The translations under genes and the position numbers were made by a program. A DNA stretch of 64,000 nucleotides from the NCBI GenBank assembly GCA_963665295.1, contig OY762209.1, positions 1,536,001 through 1,600,000 of the forward strand, given 5' to 3'. This stretch comes from Syntrophorhabdaceae bacterium. GTDB lineage: Bacteria > Desulfobacterota > Syntrophorhabdia > Syntrophorhabdales > Syntrophorhabdaceae. Below, in pieces: positions 9,854 to 21,399 of the stretch. The notes beneath the pieces are model-generated. The model was not told the origin of the DNA. It saw only the letters and a list, made by a program, of their open reading frames with translations, and ran no database searches. Each line of letters begins with the position of its first letter. Positions within the stretch are counted from its first letter, which is position 1.

Positions 9854-10036
9854 ATGCCCGTCTACCAGTACACATGCAAAATGTGCAGTTTTATGTTCAA
9901 GGATGTGGAGAAGCCCAAGGGAGGGGAACCTGAGTGCCCCCTGTGTGGAAACAGGGAGATGGAGAAAGCGGACATTAAGGTCCCCGGAGACGGCGCGGAT
10001 TCACGGGGGAGACGCAAAAAGCCTCCTTTCAGGTGA
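9854..10036 (+). CDS. FmdB-family zinc-ribbon protein (possibly extended to 10042 by selenocysteine readthrough)
   Basis: MPVYQYTCKMC...CPLCG signature, SD AGGAG upstream. Ends ...PPFR-TGA-CGG-TAA. Confidence 0.88.
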   Translation: MPVYQYTCKMCSFMFKDVEKPKGGEPECPLCGNREMEKADIKVPGDGADSRGRRKKPPFR

Positions 10037-10048
10037 CGGTAATGAGCC

Positions 10049-10065
10049 GGGCGGCGGTGCCGCCC
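10049..10065 (+). promoter_or_regulatory. Candidate bacterial SECIS hairpin
   Basis: Perfect 7-bp stem GGGCGGC/GCCGCCC with a GGT loop starting 19 nt after the UGA at 10034-10036. There is no U-tract after it. Confidence 0.5.
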
Positions 10066-10141
10066 ATTTATGGGGCCGGGGCGCAAAGACGCAACAGGGC
10101 GCCTGACGGGCGATAGACAACGAAAATAAAAGGAGGCCGTT

Positions 10142-10468
10142 ATGAGTAATGCGAAAGCGGTGAGCGATGTAGAATTTGCCAAGGAGGTTATAGAATCCGA
10201 CATCCCCGTAGTGGTGGACTTCTGGGCGACCTGGTGCGGGCCGTGTCAGGTGATGGGCCCGGTTGTCGACGCGGTCGCGGGCGAATATGCGGGCAAGATA
10301 AAGGTCCTGAAGCTCAATGTGGACGAAAACCCGGTGACGCCCTCCAAGTACGGCGTGAGGGGCATACCGACCCTCATCCTCTTCAACAAGGGCGAGGTGG
10401 TGGACAGGATCATCGGCGCTCAGCCGCGTAATGCGGTGGACACCCTCCTGAAGAAAGTGGCGGGCTAG
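10142..10468 (+). CDS. trxA: Thioredoxin
   Basis: VDFWATWCGPC active site and GIPTL motif, with SD AAGGAGG. Confidence 0.97.
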   Translation: MSNAKAVSDVEFAKEVIESDIPVVVDFWATWCGPCQVMGPVVDAVAGEYAGKIKVLKLNVDENPVTPSKYGVRGIPTLILFNKGEVVDRIIGAQPRNAVDTLLKKVAG

Positions 10469-10489
10469 AGCAGCGAAAAAAGGCGACAA

Positions 10490-10530
10490 AAAGGCGGCTG
10501 GGGGTTTCCTGGAGACCCTCAGCCGCCTTT
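10490..10530. terminator. Bidirectional intrinsic terminator between convergent trxA and bamD-lptA
   Basis: AAAGGCGGCTGGGGGTTTC...GAGACCCTCAGCCGCCTTT inverted repeat flanked by A- and T-runs. Confidence 0.8.
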
Positions 10531-10594
10531 ATCTTTTCAGGCCCGAAGAATAAAGCGTCCCGTGGGACGTAACCTGTAAGGTTTCTTGCGACCT

Positions 10595-12364
10595 TTATTT
10601 CGGGGTAAGAATGACCCGGGCCCTTTTGCCCTTCTCCGCCTTGTTTCCCTCCACAACGGCCTTGTCCTCGTTCACGTAATAGGTGACCACGTCACCGGTG
10701 AGCTTGTCCTGGCCCTGAAAAACGATCACATTCCCTTTGAGGGTTATCTCGCCCTTTCTGTTGTCGAAAATGGCCTCGTTCGCCGTGGCGGTGCGCTCTT
10801 TCTTGAGGATCTTCACGTGATCTTTGGCGTACGCCTTGTCGATCTCGTTTGATTCCTCATTGAGGTACGCCCGGATGGTGTCGGCGAATATGTAGAGGTC
10901 CTCCTGCTTTGCAATGACATTACCCTTGAACACCACGTATTTTTCTTTGTCGAAACCTTCCATGGTATCGGACACTATGTCAATCGGTTTGGTCTTGTCG
11001 AAGAAATCGAGGTCCTTCTTCTTATTCTTGTCCGCTTCTTTGGCCTTTGCAGGGGCTCCGGTCTTTTCAGGTTCCCCGGCTTTTCCCGGCGCGTCCCCCG
11101 GCTTGGGCGGCTCTGCCGCGGCCTGGCGGTCTTGGTACATCCTGGGGGTCAGTTCTATCTCCCCCGGCTTCTTCCCCTTGGTTTCCTGTACCGGGGGTTT
11201 GGCTGCCTTGGCCACCATGGAGGCGGCAGGCTTGGGGGGCGGGGTGTTAACGGCCACGGACGGCCCTGTGATAAGGTCTTCCTCCATGATAACGGGCTCC
11301 GGCTTCTGGAGCGCGGCAAGGTCCGCCGCCTCTTGCGCCTCCACGTCCTTTGCCGCATCGGACGCCGCATTTACCGCGGCGGCTGCAGGTTTAGCGGCTC
11401 CCCCGGCCCGAGGAGGAGCATCTTTGGACTTGGGGCCGGAAGTCTGTTCCGCGGCAGCTTGAAGTCCGGGCGCGGCCGGCGGGGAATCGGGCCCCGCAGC
11501 CGGCGAAGACTGCTGCGCCACAACGGCCCCGGTCTGAGCCCCGGCCCCGGCCGGGCTCGCCTGGGCCTCGATAGCCTCCGGGTTCAGCCGTTTACGTTTT
11601 TTGGCTATCGGCTGGGTAGCGGAGTCGGCGACCTTGAGGGTCTTTCTCTGCCTTATAGTGGAGGTTGCGTAGACGCTCTTTGGGTAATCGGCCTTCAGCT
11701 TGGCCGTGTAGTAATCGGCCTTTTCCGGATTGGCGAGGGCCTTGTACGACATGGCGATATAGAAGAGGGCCTTGTCGATCCCCTTGGCGTTCGGATATTT
11801 CTTGAGCATGTAGTCGAGGCGGACGATGGACGCGTTGTACTGGTTCGTCCTGTAGTAGAACTCGCCTACGTAAAGCTCCCTGTCGGCGAGCTTCTGTTCA
11901 AGGCCCTTGAGCCTGTCATCCACGACCTTGGTGTAACTGCTCCTGGGGTAGCGGTTCTTGAGGAGGGTATACTTTTCAATGGCCTTGAGGGTATTCGCCT
12001 GGTCCCTGTCGATAGACAGGGACATGTGTTCATAGCATTCGCCCAGCTTGAGAAGGACATAGGGGGCGTTGTCGTCCTCCGGGTGGGACGCGATGAAGGT
12101 CTCGTATACGCCCGCCGCCATGACGTAATCCTTCTTGTCGAAATGTGCGTCGCCGAGTTTCACCGCCGCCACGAGGGCGAGGGGATCAAAGGGGTACTCC
12201 TCCATGACCTGGTTGAATTTATGGATGGCATCATCCCATTTCTTGACCTTCAGGAGATTGACGCCTTCCACGTAGAGTTCGCCGGGGCCCTCTTTTTTGA
12301 CGGACTTGGAGGCGCACGAGGCGAGGAGGAGACATGCAATAAGAATGATTAGTACTCTTTTCAT
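10595..12364 (-). CDS. bamD: Outer membrane assembly lipoprotein BamD fused to a C-terminal LptA/OstA-like beta-jellyroll domain
   Basis: Lipobox LLASC; BamD TPR motifs (YPFDPLA, HPEDDNAPY, SIDRDQANT, LADRELYVGEFY); ~210-aa Ala/Pro/Lys-rich linker; LptA-like PIDIVSD.ME...VVFKGNVIAKQ...L.GNVIVFQGQDKLTGDVVTYYV...RARVILTP. Confidence 0.88.
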   Translation of the reverse strand: MKRVLIILIACLLLASCASKSVKKEGPGELYVEGVNLLKVKKWDDAIHKFNQVMEEYPFDPLALVAAVKLGDAHFDKKDYVMAAGVYETFIASHPEDDNAPYVLLKLGECYEHMSLSIDRDQANTLKAIEKYTLLKNRYPRSSYTKVVDDRLKGLEQKLADRELYVGEFYYRTNQYNASIVRLDYMLKKYPNAKGIDKALFYIAMSYKALANPEKADYYTAKLKADYPKSVYATSTIRQRKTLKVADSATQPIAKKRKRLNPEAIEAQASPAGAGAQTGAVVAQQSSPAAGPDSPPAAPGLQAAAEQTSGPKSKDAPPRAGGAAKPAAAAVNAASDAAKDVEAQEAADLAALQKPEPVIMEEDLITGPSVAVNTPPPKPAASMVAKAAKPPVQETKGKKPGEIELTPRMYQDRQAAAEPPKPGDAPGKAGEPEKTGAPAKAKEADKNKKKDLDFFDKTKPIDIVSDTMEGFDKEKYVVFKGNVIAKQEDLYIFADTIRAYLNEESNEIDKAYAKDHVKILKKERTATANEAIFDNRKGEITLKGNVIVFQGQDKLTGDVVTYYVNEDKAVVEGNKAEKGKRARVILTPK

Positions 12365-12409
12365 GGCGTAATTATAACAGAATGGGAAATTTTATGCTAC
12401 GCTTTATGG

Positions 12410-13054
12410 GTGAGAGCGGAAGAAATGATAGTGAAAGGCATGGCCTTCTTCGATATCCCCTGCGAGGCAGGGGCCGTCGAAAAGCTCTCCTTTTATATCA
12501 CGGAACTGGCGAGGTGGAATGAGCGGGTGAACCTGGTGGGCTTCAAGGACATGCGTTCCATAGTCGAGGTCCTCCTGTACGACACGTTCTTCCTGCACGG
12601 CTTCGCGGGCGGAAGCCCGAAGACCCTTGACCTCGGCTCGGGGTCCGGCATTATCGCGATCCCCCTCAAGATACTGAACCCGGACATGGAGATGCACGCG
12701 GTGGACAAGAGCCTGAGGAAGATTCAGTTTCAGCGGCACATAAAGAGAAACCTTTCCCTCGAAGGGTTCATCCCCGTCCACGGAAGGGCGGAGACCGTTT
12801 CTCCCGTCGGCGCCGAAAGCCTCGTGGTAAAGGCTTTCGGGACCATTCAGAAGATACTCGAACTGGGAAAGGCCCATCTTGTCGAAGGGGGACGCGCCTT
12901 TATCCTGAAGGGGACAAAAGAGGAGGCGGGCGAGGCGCCCGGTTTCCGCCTGGAGGATATCATCCCCTACCGCCTTCCCCGGAGCGAGCGGAGGTACAGG
13001 CTCTTTGTGTACAGAAAGAGCGAAACCGGGGAGACGGGGACCGGCACTTTTTAA
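12410..13054 (+). CDS. rsmG: 16S rRNA (guanine527-N7)-methyltransferase
   Basis: WNERVNLVG, SAM motif LDLGSGSG..AIPL, GRAE and ILKG; lies immediately upstream of parAB. Confidence 0.88.
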   Translation: MRAEEMIVKGMAFFDIPCEAGAVEKLSFYITELARWNERVNLVGFKDMRSIVEVLLYDTFFLHGFAGGSPKTLDLGSGSGIIAIPLKILNPDMEMHAVDKSLRKIQFQRHIKRNLSLEGFIPVHGRAETVSPVGAESLVVKAFGTIQKILELGKAHLVEGGRAFILKGTKEEAGEAPGFRLEDIIPYRLPRSERRYRLFVYRKSETGETGTGTF

Positions 13055-13090
13055 TAGTGTTCACAACTTAACCGTTTTTATGGTAAGGTA

Positions 13091-13855
13091 ATGCAGGTCA
13101 TGATCATATCTTTGGCAAACCAAAAAGGCGGGGTCGGAAAGACAACCACGGCGGTGAACCTCGCCGCATCCATCGCGGTGGCGGAAAAACGGACGCTTAT
13201 CATCGATCTCGATCCCCAGTGCAATACCACGTCGGGCTTCGGCATCAACTACAGCGGACTCTACGCCCATATCTACAACGTGCTGATCGGCTCCAAGCAG
13301 ATGAAGGAGATCATCCGGAAGACCCAGGTCCCTTTCCTCGACATTGCCCCCGCCCATCCCGACCTGATCGGGGCGGAGGTGGAGATGCTCGACATGGAAG
13401 ACAGGGAATTTGTGCTCAGGAAAGCCCTGGACGAGGTGAAGGACGAGTATGCGTACATATTCATTGATTGCCCTCCTTCCCTGGGACTTCTTACCATAAA
13501 CGCCCTCGCCGCTTCCGATTCCGTGATCATTCCCCTCCAGTGCGAGTATTTTGCCCTTGAGGGCCTTGCGGGACTCCAGCGGACGATCACGATAATCAAG
13601 AAAAGGCTGAACCCGAACCTCAGTATCAAGGGCATCCTTCTGACCATGTTCGACAAGAGGAACAACCTCTCCTTCCGGGTCTGGGAAGAGGTGAACAAGT
13701 GCTTCAACGAGGGTGTGTTCAAGACCGTGATACCGAGAAACGTGAAACTCAGCGAATGTCCGAGTTACGGTAAGCCCGTGCTTCTTTATGATATCACGTC
13801 GAAGGGAGCGGAAAGCTACCTCGACCTCGCATACGAGATACTGGGAGGGGGCTAG
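13091..13855 (+). CDS. parA: Chromosome partitioning ATPase ParA/Soj
   Basis: Motifs NQKGGVGKTTT, DLDPQCN, IDCPPSLG, PLQCEYFALEG and IPRNVKLSE.PS. Confidence 0.96.
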   Translation: MQVMIISLANQKGGVGKTTTAVNLAASIAVAEKRTLIIDLDPQCNTTSGFGINYSGLYAHIYNVLIGSKQMKEIIRKTQVPFLDIAPAHPDLIGAEVEMLDMEDREFVLRKALDEVKDEYAYIFIDCPPSLGLLTINALAASDSVIIPLQCEYFALEGLAGLQRTITIIKKRLNPNLSIKGILLTMFDKRNNLSFRVWEEVNKCFNEGVFKTVIPRNVKLSECPSYGKPVLLYDITSKGAESYLDLAYEILGGG

Positions 13856-14674
13856 ATGGCGAAAAAGGACCCGCTGGGGCGGGGTTTATCTGCACTGCTG
13901 AAGGATGTGGAGGAACGGGGCGGGAGCAAACTCATCGCCATCGACCAGATTACGCCGGGTTCGACCCAGCCGAGACTGTCGGTAAACGAGGAGACCCTTC
14001 TCGAACTTGCCGCGTCGATCCGGGAAAAAGGCCTTTTGCAGCCCCTCATAGTGAAGAAGAAGGACAGGGGCTACAGCATCATTGCCGGGGAGAGAAGGTT
14101 CCGCGCCGCGGTCATGGCGGGACTTACCGAGGTGGCAGCCATAATCAAGGATGTGGACGACAGGGAAGCCCTTGAGATCGCCCTCATCGAAAACCTTCAA
14201 AGGGAAGACTTGAATGCTGTCGAGGTGGCCGCCACGTACCAGAAGTTTATCGACGAATTCGGATACACCCACCAGGACCTCGCAAAGAAGATCGGCGTGG
14301 ACAGGAGTTCCGTCACCAATTACCTGAGGCTTCTCAAGCTCCCCGACTGGATCGTGAAGCTCATGACCGAAGGGAAACTTACCCAGGGGCACGGCAGGGC
14401 CCTCCTTTCCCTGAAGAACGAGAGGGAACAGAAGGCCTATGTGGGGAAGGTACTGAACGAGGGAGCCACGGTGCGGGATATCGAGCGGGCCGCGAAAAAG
14501 AAGGATAGCCGGGAAATCGCCCGGTTCGCCGACGCGGAAGAGACCCTGACCGAGTTGCTCGGCACGAGGGTCGCCATTACCTGCAAGGGACAAAAAGGCA
14601 AAATAATCATCGAATTCTTTTCAGAACAAGACCTTGTGAGAGTAGTGGAAACCATAACAAATATTAAACAATAA
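13856..14674 (+). CDS. parB: Chromosome partitioning protein ParB/Spo0J
   Basis: Motifs LGRGLSAL, QPR, IIAGERRFRA, ENLQREDL and HTH region RSSVTNYLRLL. Confidence 0.96.
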   Translation: MAKKDPLGRGLSALLKDVEERGGSKLIAIDQITPGSTQPRLSVNEETLLELAASIREKGLLQPLIVKKKDRGYSIIAGERRFRAAVMAGLTEVAAIIKDVDDREALEIALIENLQREDLNAVEVAATYQKFIDEFGYTHQDLAKKIGVDRSSVTNYLRLLKLPDWIVKLMTEGKLTQGHGRALLSLKNEREQKAYVGKVLNEGATVRDIERAAKKKDSREIARFADAEETLTELLGTRVAITCKGQKGKIIIEFFSEQDLVRVVETITNIKQ

Positions 14675-14680
14675 AAATCG

Positions 14681-14709
14681 TTGCAAAAGTCTAATATTTG
14701 TGATAATAG
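14681..14709 (+). promoter_or_regulatory. Candidate sigma70 promoter of the atp operon
   Basis: TTGCAA-N17-TAATAG with an extended -10 TG, in an AT-rich intergenic region. Confidence 0.4.
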
Positions 14710-14760
14710 TTAACCGTACTTGTGAAAATATTCTTTTTGAAATAGGAAGGAGTAGGAACT

Positions 14761-15186
14761 ATGATGCAATTTGACACAACTCTACTCTATCAGTTCGCGA
14801 ACTTCCTTATTCTATTGGTTCTTCTGAATTTCTTACTTTTCAAACCTGTTCTCCGTGTGCTGGAGAAAAGAGAAAAGACCATTGGTTCTCTTTTCGAGAA
14901 AGTACAGGACGTAAAGCAAGAAACGGTGGGGCTTGAGAAATCGTACGAGGAGCAGACCAAGGAGAGAAGAAAACCCATCCTTGAATTCCGGGCCTCGTCG
15001 ATAGCCGACGTCCACACCGTCTCCACAGGAATTATGGAAAAAGCGAGGAAGGACCTTTCGGAGGAACTCGCAAAGCTGAAGGCAGAGATAGAGAGCGAGA
15101 GCAAGAAGGTCCGCGACGCACTCATGGCGGACGTGGAGAAACTCGGGTCTGAGGCTGCGGAAAAGATACTGAAAAGGAGCGTATAA
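14761..15186 (+). CDS. atpF: ATP synthase F0 subunit b'
   Basis: N-terminal TM (QFANFLILLVLLNFLLFKPV) followed by a coiled coil; first gene of the atp cluster. Confidence 0.9.
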   Translation: MMQFDTTLLYQFANFLILLVLLNFLLFKPVLRVLEKREKTIGSLFEKVQDVKQETVGLEKSYEEQTKERRKPILEFRASSIADVHTVSTGIMEKARKDLSEELAKLKAEIESESKKVRDALMADVEKLGSEAAEKILKRSV

Positions 15187-15190
15187 GCAT

Positions 15191-15685
15191 ATGATGGGGG
15201 ATCTGCCGGAAGTCTGGAAATGGACCTTAAAGATTTTTAATTTTGCCGTACTGGTGGGAATCCTTGTAAAATTCGGCACAAAGCCTCTCAAGGGTTTTTT
15301 ACTGGGTCGCCATGATAAGGTGAAAGAGAAGATCGACGAGGCCGGCAAGCTCATGAGCGAAGCCGAGGATCTGAAAAAGGAATACGAAGGAAGACTCGCG
15401 CGTCTTGATCAGGAAATCGAAGAATTCAAGGCAAAAGTGACGGAAGAAACGAAGATTGAAAGCGAGAAAATACTCGCTGAAGCCAAGGCGTTCGCCGACA
15501 GGATACAGGAACAGGCGAAACTGACTTACGAACAGGAAATGAGAGAAATATCAGGCAGGATCAAAGAGGAAATCGCGAAACTCGCCCTTGATAAAGCCGA
15601 GAAGCTTGTCATGGAACGTTTCAACAAGGGTGATAACGACAAGTTGGTGGAAGAGTTCATAGAAAAGCTAAGGAGCTTAAATTGA
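15191..15685 (+). CDS. atpF: ATP synthase F0 subunit b
   Basis: KIFNFAVLVGILVKFG.KPL TM segment followed by a coiled coil. Confidence 0.9.
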   Translation: MMGDLPEVWKWTLKIFNFAVLVGILVKFGTKPLKGFLLGRHDKVKEKIDEAGKLMSEAEDLKKEYEGRLARLDQEIEEFKAKVTEETKIESEKILAEAKAFADRIQEQAKLTYEQEMREISGRIKEEIAKLALDKAEKLVMERFNKGDNDKLVEEFIEKLRSLN

Positions 15686-16224
15686 TACATCAGTCCATAG
15701 CCAAGAAATATGCAAAAGGTCTTTTCAACGTAGGAGAAAAAGACGGGAAATACAAGGAGTACCTGGGTGAACTCGCTTCGCTGGTAGAGCTCTTCGAGAA
15801 GGAGGAGCGACTCGGCAAGGCGCTCATGCTGCCCATCCTTGAAATGTCGAAGAGGAAAGAACTCCTCGGGGATGTCGTAAGGGCCGCAGGCCTGTCTCTG
15901 TCTGTCACGAATATGCTCACCATGCTTATGGAAAGAAACAGAATGGGGTATCTGCCCCTCGTGAAAGACGCGTTCAGCGACCTCGTGGACGAGAAGGAAG
16001 GCCGCGTAAGAGGAGTCCTTTGGTCCGCGTTTCCCGTGGATGAAGGTTTGAAGAGCCGGATCCAGGACGTCCTCGGGGCGAAAATGGAGAAGACGGTGGT
16101 CCTCAACGTAGTCGAAGACAGAAGCCTTGTCGGAGGCGTGAAGCTCAACGTAAACGGCACTATTATAGATGGCAGCGTGAAAAGGCAGCTTGAGACTTTG
16201 AAGGAAAATATTTTGAAGGAGTAA
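15682..16224 (+). CDS. atpH: ATP synthase F1 delta subunit
   Basis: IAKKYAKGL and D.SLVGGV...IIDGSVK.QL; TTG start overlaps the previous stop. Confidence 0.94.
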   Translation: MIHQSIAKKYAKGLFNVGEKDGKYKEYLGELASLVELFEKEERLGKALMLPILEMSKRKELLGDVVRAAGLSLSVTNMLTMLMERNRMGYLPLVKDAFSDLVDEKEGRVRGVLWSAFPVDEGLKSRIQDVLGAKMEKTVVLNVVEDRSLVGGVKLNVNGTIIDGSVKRQLETLKENILKE

Positions 16225-16229
16225 AGTTC

Positions 16230-17738
16230 ATGGAGATTAAAGCAGACGAGATAAGCAGGATAATAGAACAGAAGATATCGGGGTTCGAGAGAGAAGTAGA
16301 TCTTCAGGAAACGGGTGTAATAATCTCTATAGGCGACGGTATTGCAAGAATATACGGTCTCGAGAACGCCATGGCGGGCGAGTTGCTTGAGTTCCCTCAC
16401 GGAATTGCCGGGATGGTGCTGAACCTTGAAGAGGATAACATCGGGGCCGTCGTTTTTGGAGAGGATTACAAGATAAAGGAAGGCGATCTGGCCAAGAGGA
16501 CCGGAAGGATTGCCCAGGTGCCCGTGGGTGAGGCGTTGATCGGCAGGGTCGTGGACGGCCTTGGCATACCCATCGACGGAAAGGGACCCATTGACGCGAA
16601 GGAGTACAGGAACGTCGAGCAGACCGCACCGGGCGTCGTTGTCCGGCAGCCCGTTAAAGAGCCGATCCAGACAGGTATCAAGGCAATCGATGCCATGATC
16701 CCCATCGGTAGAGGGCAGAGGGAGCTCATCATCGGCGACCGTGGAACGGGTAAAACCGTCGTCGCTATCGATACGATCATCAACCAGAAAGGGAACGACG
16801 TATTCTGTATCTACGTTGCCATCGGACAGAAGCGGTCTTCAGTGGCAAGGACAGTCGATTTGCTGGCCAAGTACGGGGCCATGGAATATACAACGGTCGT
16901 GGCGGCAACCGCAAGTGACGCCGCTCCGCTCCAGTATCTCGCGCCTTTCTCAGGCACGTCCATGGGTGAGTACTTCAGGGATACGGGAAGGCACGCACTC
17001 ATCGTGTACGATGATCTGTCAAAACACGCGGTGGCGTACAGACAGTTATCTCTGTTGCTGAGGCGTCCGCCCGCACGTGAGGCGTACCCGGGCGACATTT
17101 TCTTCCTTCACTCAAGGTTGCTTGAAAGGTCCGCGAAGTGGGACGATGCCCATGGCGGCGGTTCACTTACAGCCCTTCCCATCATTGAGACTCAGGCCGG
17201 TGACGTGTCGGCATACATTCCTACAAACGTAATTTCCATCACGGATGGTCAGATATACCTTGAGCCTGAACTCTTCTATGCAGGTGTGAGACCGGCTATC
17301 AACGTGGGTATTTCCGTATCGAGGGTTGGTGGTAACGCTCAGATCAAGGCCATGAAGCAGGTGGCAGGAAGGCTTCGTCTGGACCTGGCCCAGTACAGGG
17401 AAATGGCGGCTTTCGCCAAGTTCGGGAGCGACCTCGACAAATCGACACTGGCACTGCTCGCGAGAGGTTCGCGCCTCACGGAGCTGCTGAAACAGGGTCA
17501 GTATGTTCCCATCCCCGTCGAGAAGCAGGTAGTGCTCCTCTTCGCCGCGGCGAACGGATTTATCGATGGGTATCCGGAGTCGGCTCTCAAGAAGTATGAG
17601 GTGGAGCTTATGACGTTCGTGGAGAAGGAACACCAGGATGTCCTGAAAGACATAAGAGAGAAGAAGGAAATAACATCCGCCATACAGGATAAACTGGAGA
17701 AGATGCTCAATACTTTTAAAGAAAAGTTCACATACTAG
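16230..17738 (+). CDS. atpA: ATP synthase F1 alpha subunit
   Basis: Motifs [30 protein letters not shown] and [13 protein letters not shown]. Confidence 0.99.
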   Translation: MEIKADEISRIIEQKISGFEREVDLQETGVIISIGDGIARIYGLENAMAGELLEFPHGIAGMVLNLEEDNIGAVVFGEDYKIKEGDLAKRTGRIAQVPVGEALIGRVVDGLGIPIDGKGPIDAKEYRNVEQTAPGVVVRQPVKEPIQTGIKAIDAMIPIGRGQRELIIGDRGTGKTVVAIDTIINQKGNDVFCIYVAIGQKRSSVARTVDLLAKYGAMEYTTVVAATASDAAPLQYLAPFSGTSMGEYFRDTGRHALIVYDDLSKHAVAYRQLSLLLRRPPAREAYPGDIFFLHSRLLERSAKWDDAHGGGSLTALPIIETQAGDVSAYIPTNVISITDGQIYLEPELFYAGVRPAINVGISVSRVGGNAQIKAMKQVAGRLRLDLAQYREMAAFAKFGSDLDKSTLALLARGSRLTELLKQGQYVPIPVEKQVVLLFAAANGFIDGYPESALKKYEVELMTFVEKEHQDVLKDIREKKEITSAIQDKLEKMLNTFKEKFTY

Positions 17739-17755
17739 ACCGGTAGGGACGCGAG

Positions 17756-20064
<2,309 letters not shown>

Positions 20065-20066
20065 TA

Positions 20067-20474
20067 GTGGAAAGTCTGCGCCTTGAGATAATAACCGCTG
20101 ATAGAGTAGTAGTGAGCGATGAGGCCGATATGGTCGAGGCAAAGGGCACTCTCGGCGAGTTTGGCATATTGCCCGGGCACATTCAGTTCCTTTCCACAGT
20201 AGAGATAGGTGAGGTGCGGTACACGAAGGGTGGAGCCACACGACACCTCGCCACAACAGGTGGATTCGCGGAAGTATTCGAGGATAAGGTTACCCTGCTT
20301 GTGGATGCCGCGGAGTTCGCGGAGGAAATCGATGTGGATAGGGCGAAGAGAGCTTTGGACAGGGCGGAAACCGCGCTGAAAGAGCTTTCCGAGGAAGATG
20401 ATGAGTACCGGAAGCATGAGCTTGCCCTTCAGCGGGCAGTAACGAGAATAAGTGCCGCCTCTAAGAGGATATAA
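20067..20474 (+). CDS. atpC: ATP synthase F1 epsilon subunit
   Basis: Motifs GEFGILPGH, GGFAEV and EEIDVDRA; GTG start. Confidence 0.97.
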   Translation: MESLRLEIITADRVVVSDEADMVEAKGTLGEFGILPGHIQFLSTVEIGEVRYTKGGATRHLATTGGFAEVFEDKVTLLVDAAEFAEEIDVDRAKRALDRAETALKELSEEDDEYRKHELALQRAVTRISAASKRI

Positions 20475-20553
20475 GGGCGACTCCACTTTGGCTGCCACTG
20501 GTCGGCTGTTCCCTGGGTTCAGGGAAAGGGCATAACCGGAGGAACCTGCGAAG

Positions 20554-21246
20554 ATGCAGTTTACCGTTGATGAAGAGCTGTATCGTCTTTTTCCGGGGCT
20601 GAAGATAGGCGTTCTGGTCTTGAAGATTGATAATACCAAGTACGGCGAGGATCGGCTTGAACCGGTCCTCGCCGATGTTTTAGCCCATTTCCCCTGCGAG
20701 AGGCCTCAGGATCACCTGAATATAAAGGTGTGGAGGGAGGCTTTCGGGAAGCTGGGCGTCTCCGGGTCTAAATATCCGAGTTCCGTGGAAGCCCTTGTGA
20801 GGAGGGTCCTCAAGGGCGGGCCTTTCCCCAGAATCAATCCCGTTGTGGATCTGTATAACGCAGTTTCTCTTAAACACCTTGTTCCCATGGGCGGTCATGC
20901 TCTGTCTGCAGTGACCGGCGATATCTCGTTGGGGTTTGCGGCGGGTACGGAGAGCTTCGCACCAATGGACTCCATGGAGAAGGAGACCGTAGTGAAGGGA
21001 GAGGTGGTGTATAAGGATGCGACAGAGGTCCTTACGAGGAGATGGGTGTGGAGGCAGTGCGAAAAGGACAAGGTCTCCGTGTCGAGCCATTCCGTGTTTG
21101 TGCCTATAGACGTGATGCCCGGGCTGCCGGAAGGGCTGACGGAGGCAGCGATGAAGGATATGGAGGAATGGCTCGGGGCAAACGGAAACGGCAGGGTAGT
21201 TCATCGGGACATCCTCACCATAGAGAGGCCTGCCACATCATTCTAG
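20554..21246 (+). CDS. B3/B4 domain protein (PheRS beta editing-domain-like)
   Basis: Motifs WREAF, KYPSSVEAL.RR, INPVVDLYNAVSL, GEVVYKD and RRWVWRQ. Confidence 0.88.
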   Translation: MQFTVDEELYRLFPGLKIGVLVLKIDNTKYGEDRLEPVLADVLAHFPCERPQDHLNIKVWREAFGKLGVSGSKYPSSVEALVRRVLKGGPFPRINPVVDLYNAVSLKHLVPMGGHALSAVTGDISLGFAAGTESFAPMDSMEKETVVKGEVVYKDATEVLTRRWVWRQCEKDKVSVSSHSVFVPIDVMPGLPEGLTEAAMKDMEEWLGANGNGRVVHRDILTIERPATSF

Positions 21247-21399
21247 CCGGTGTCCATTGACGGGGTTGGGCGAGGCCCGGGGTCTCGCGGGGCGCATCGG
21301 CTTTTCAATGTTGTTGAATTAAGAACATTACCGGGTTAGATTATACAAGCTTGTACTGAGCACAGCGGGCGGCCCCCGGGGAGCGATCCGGCTTGACGC

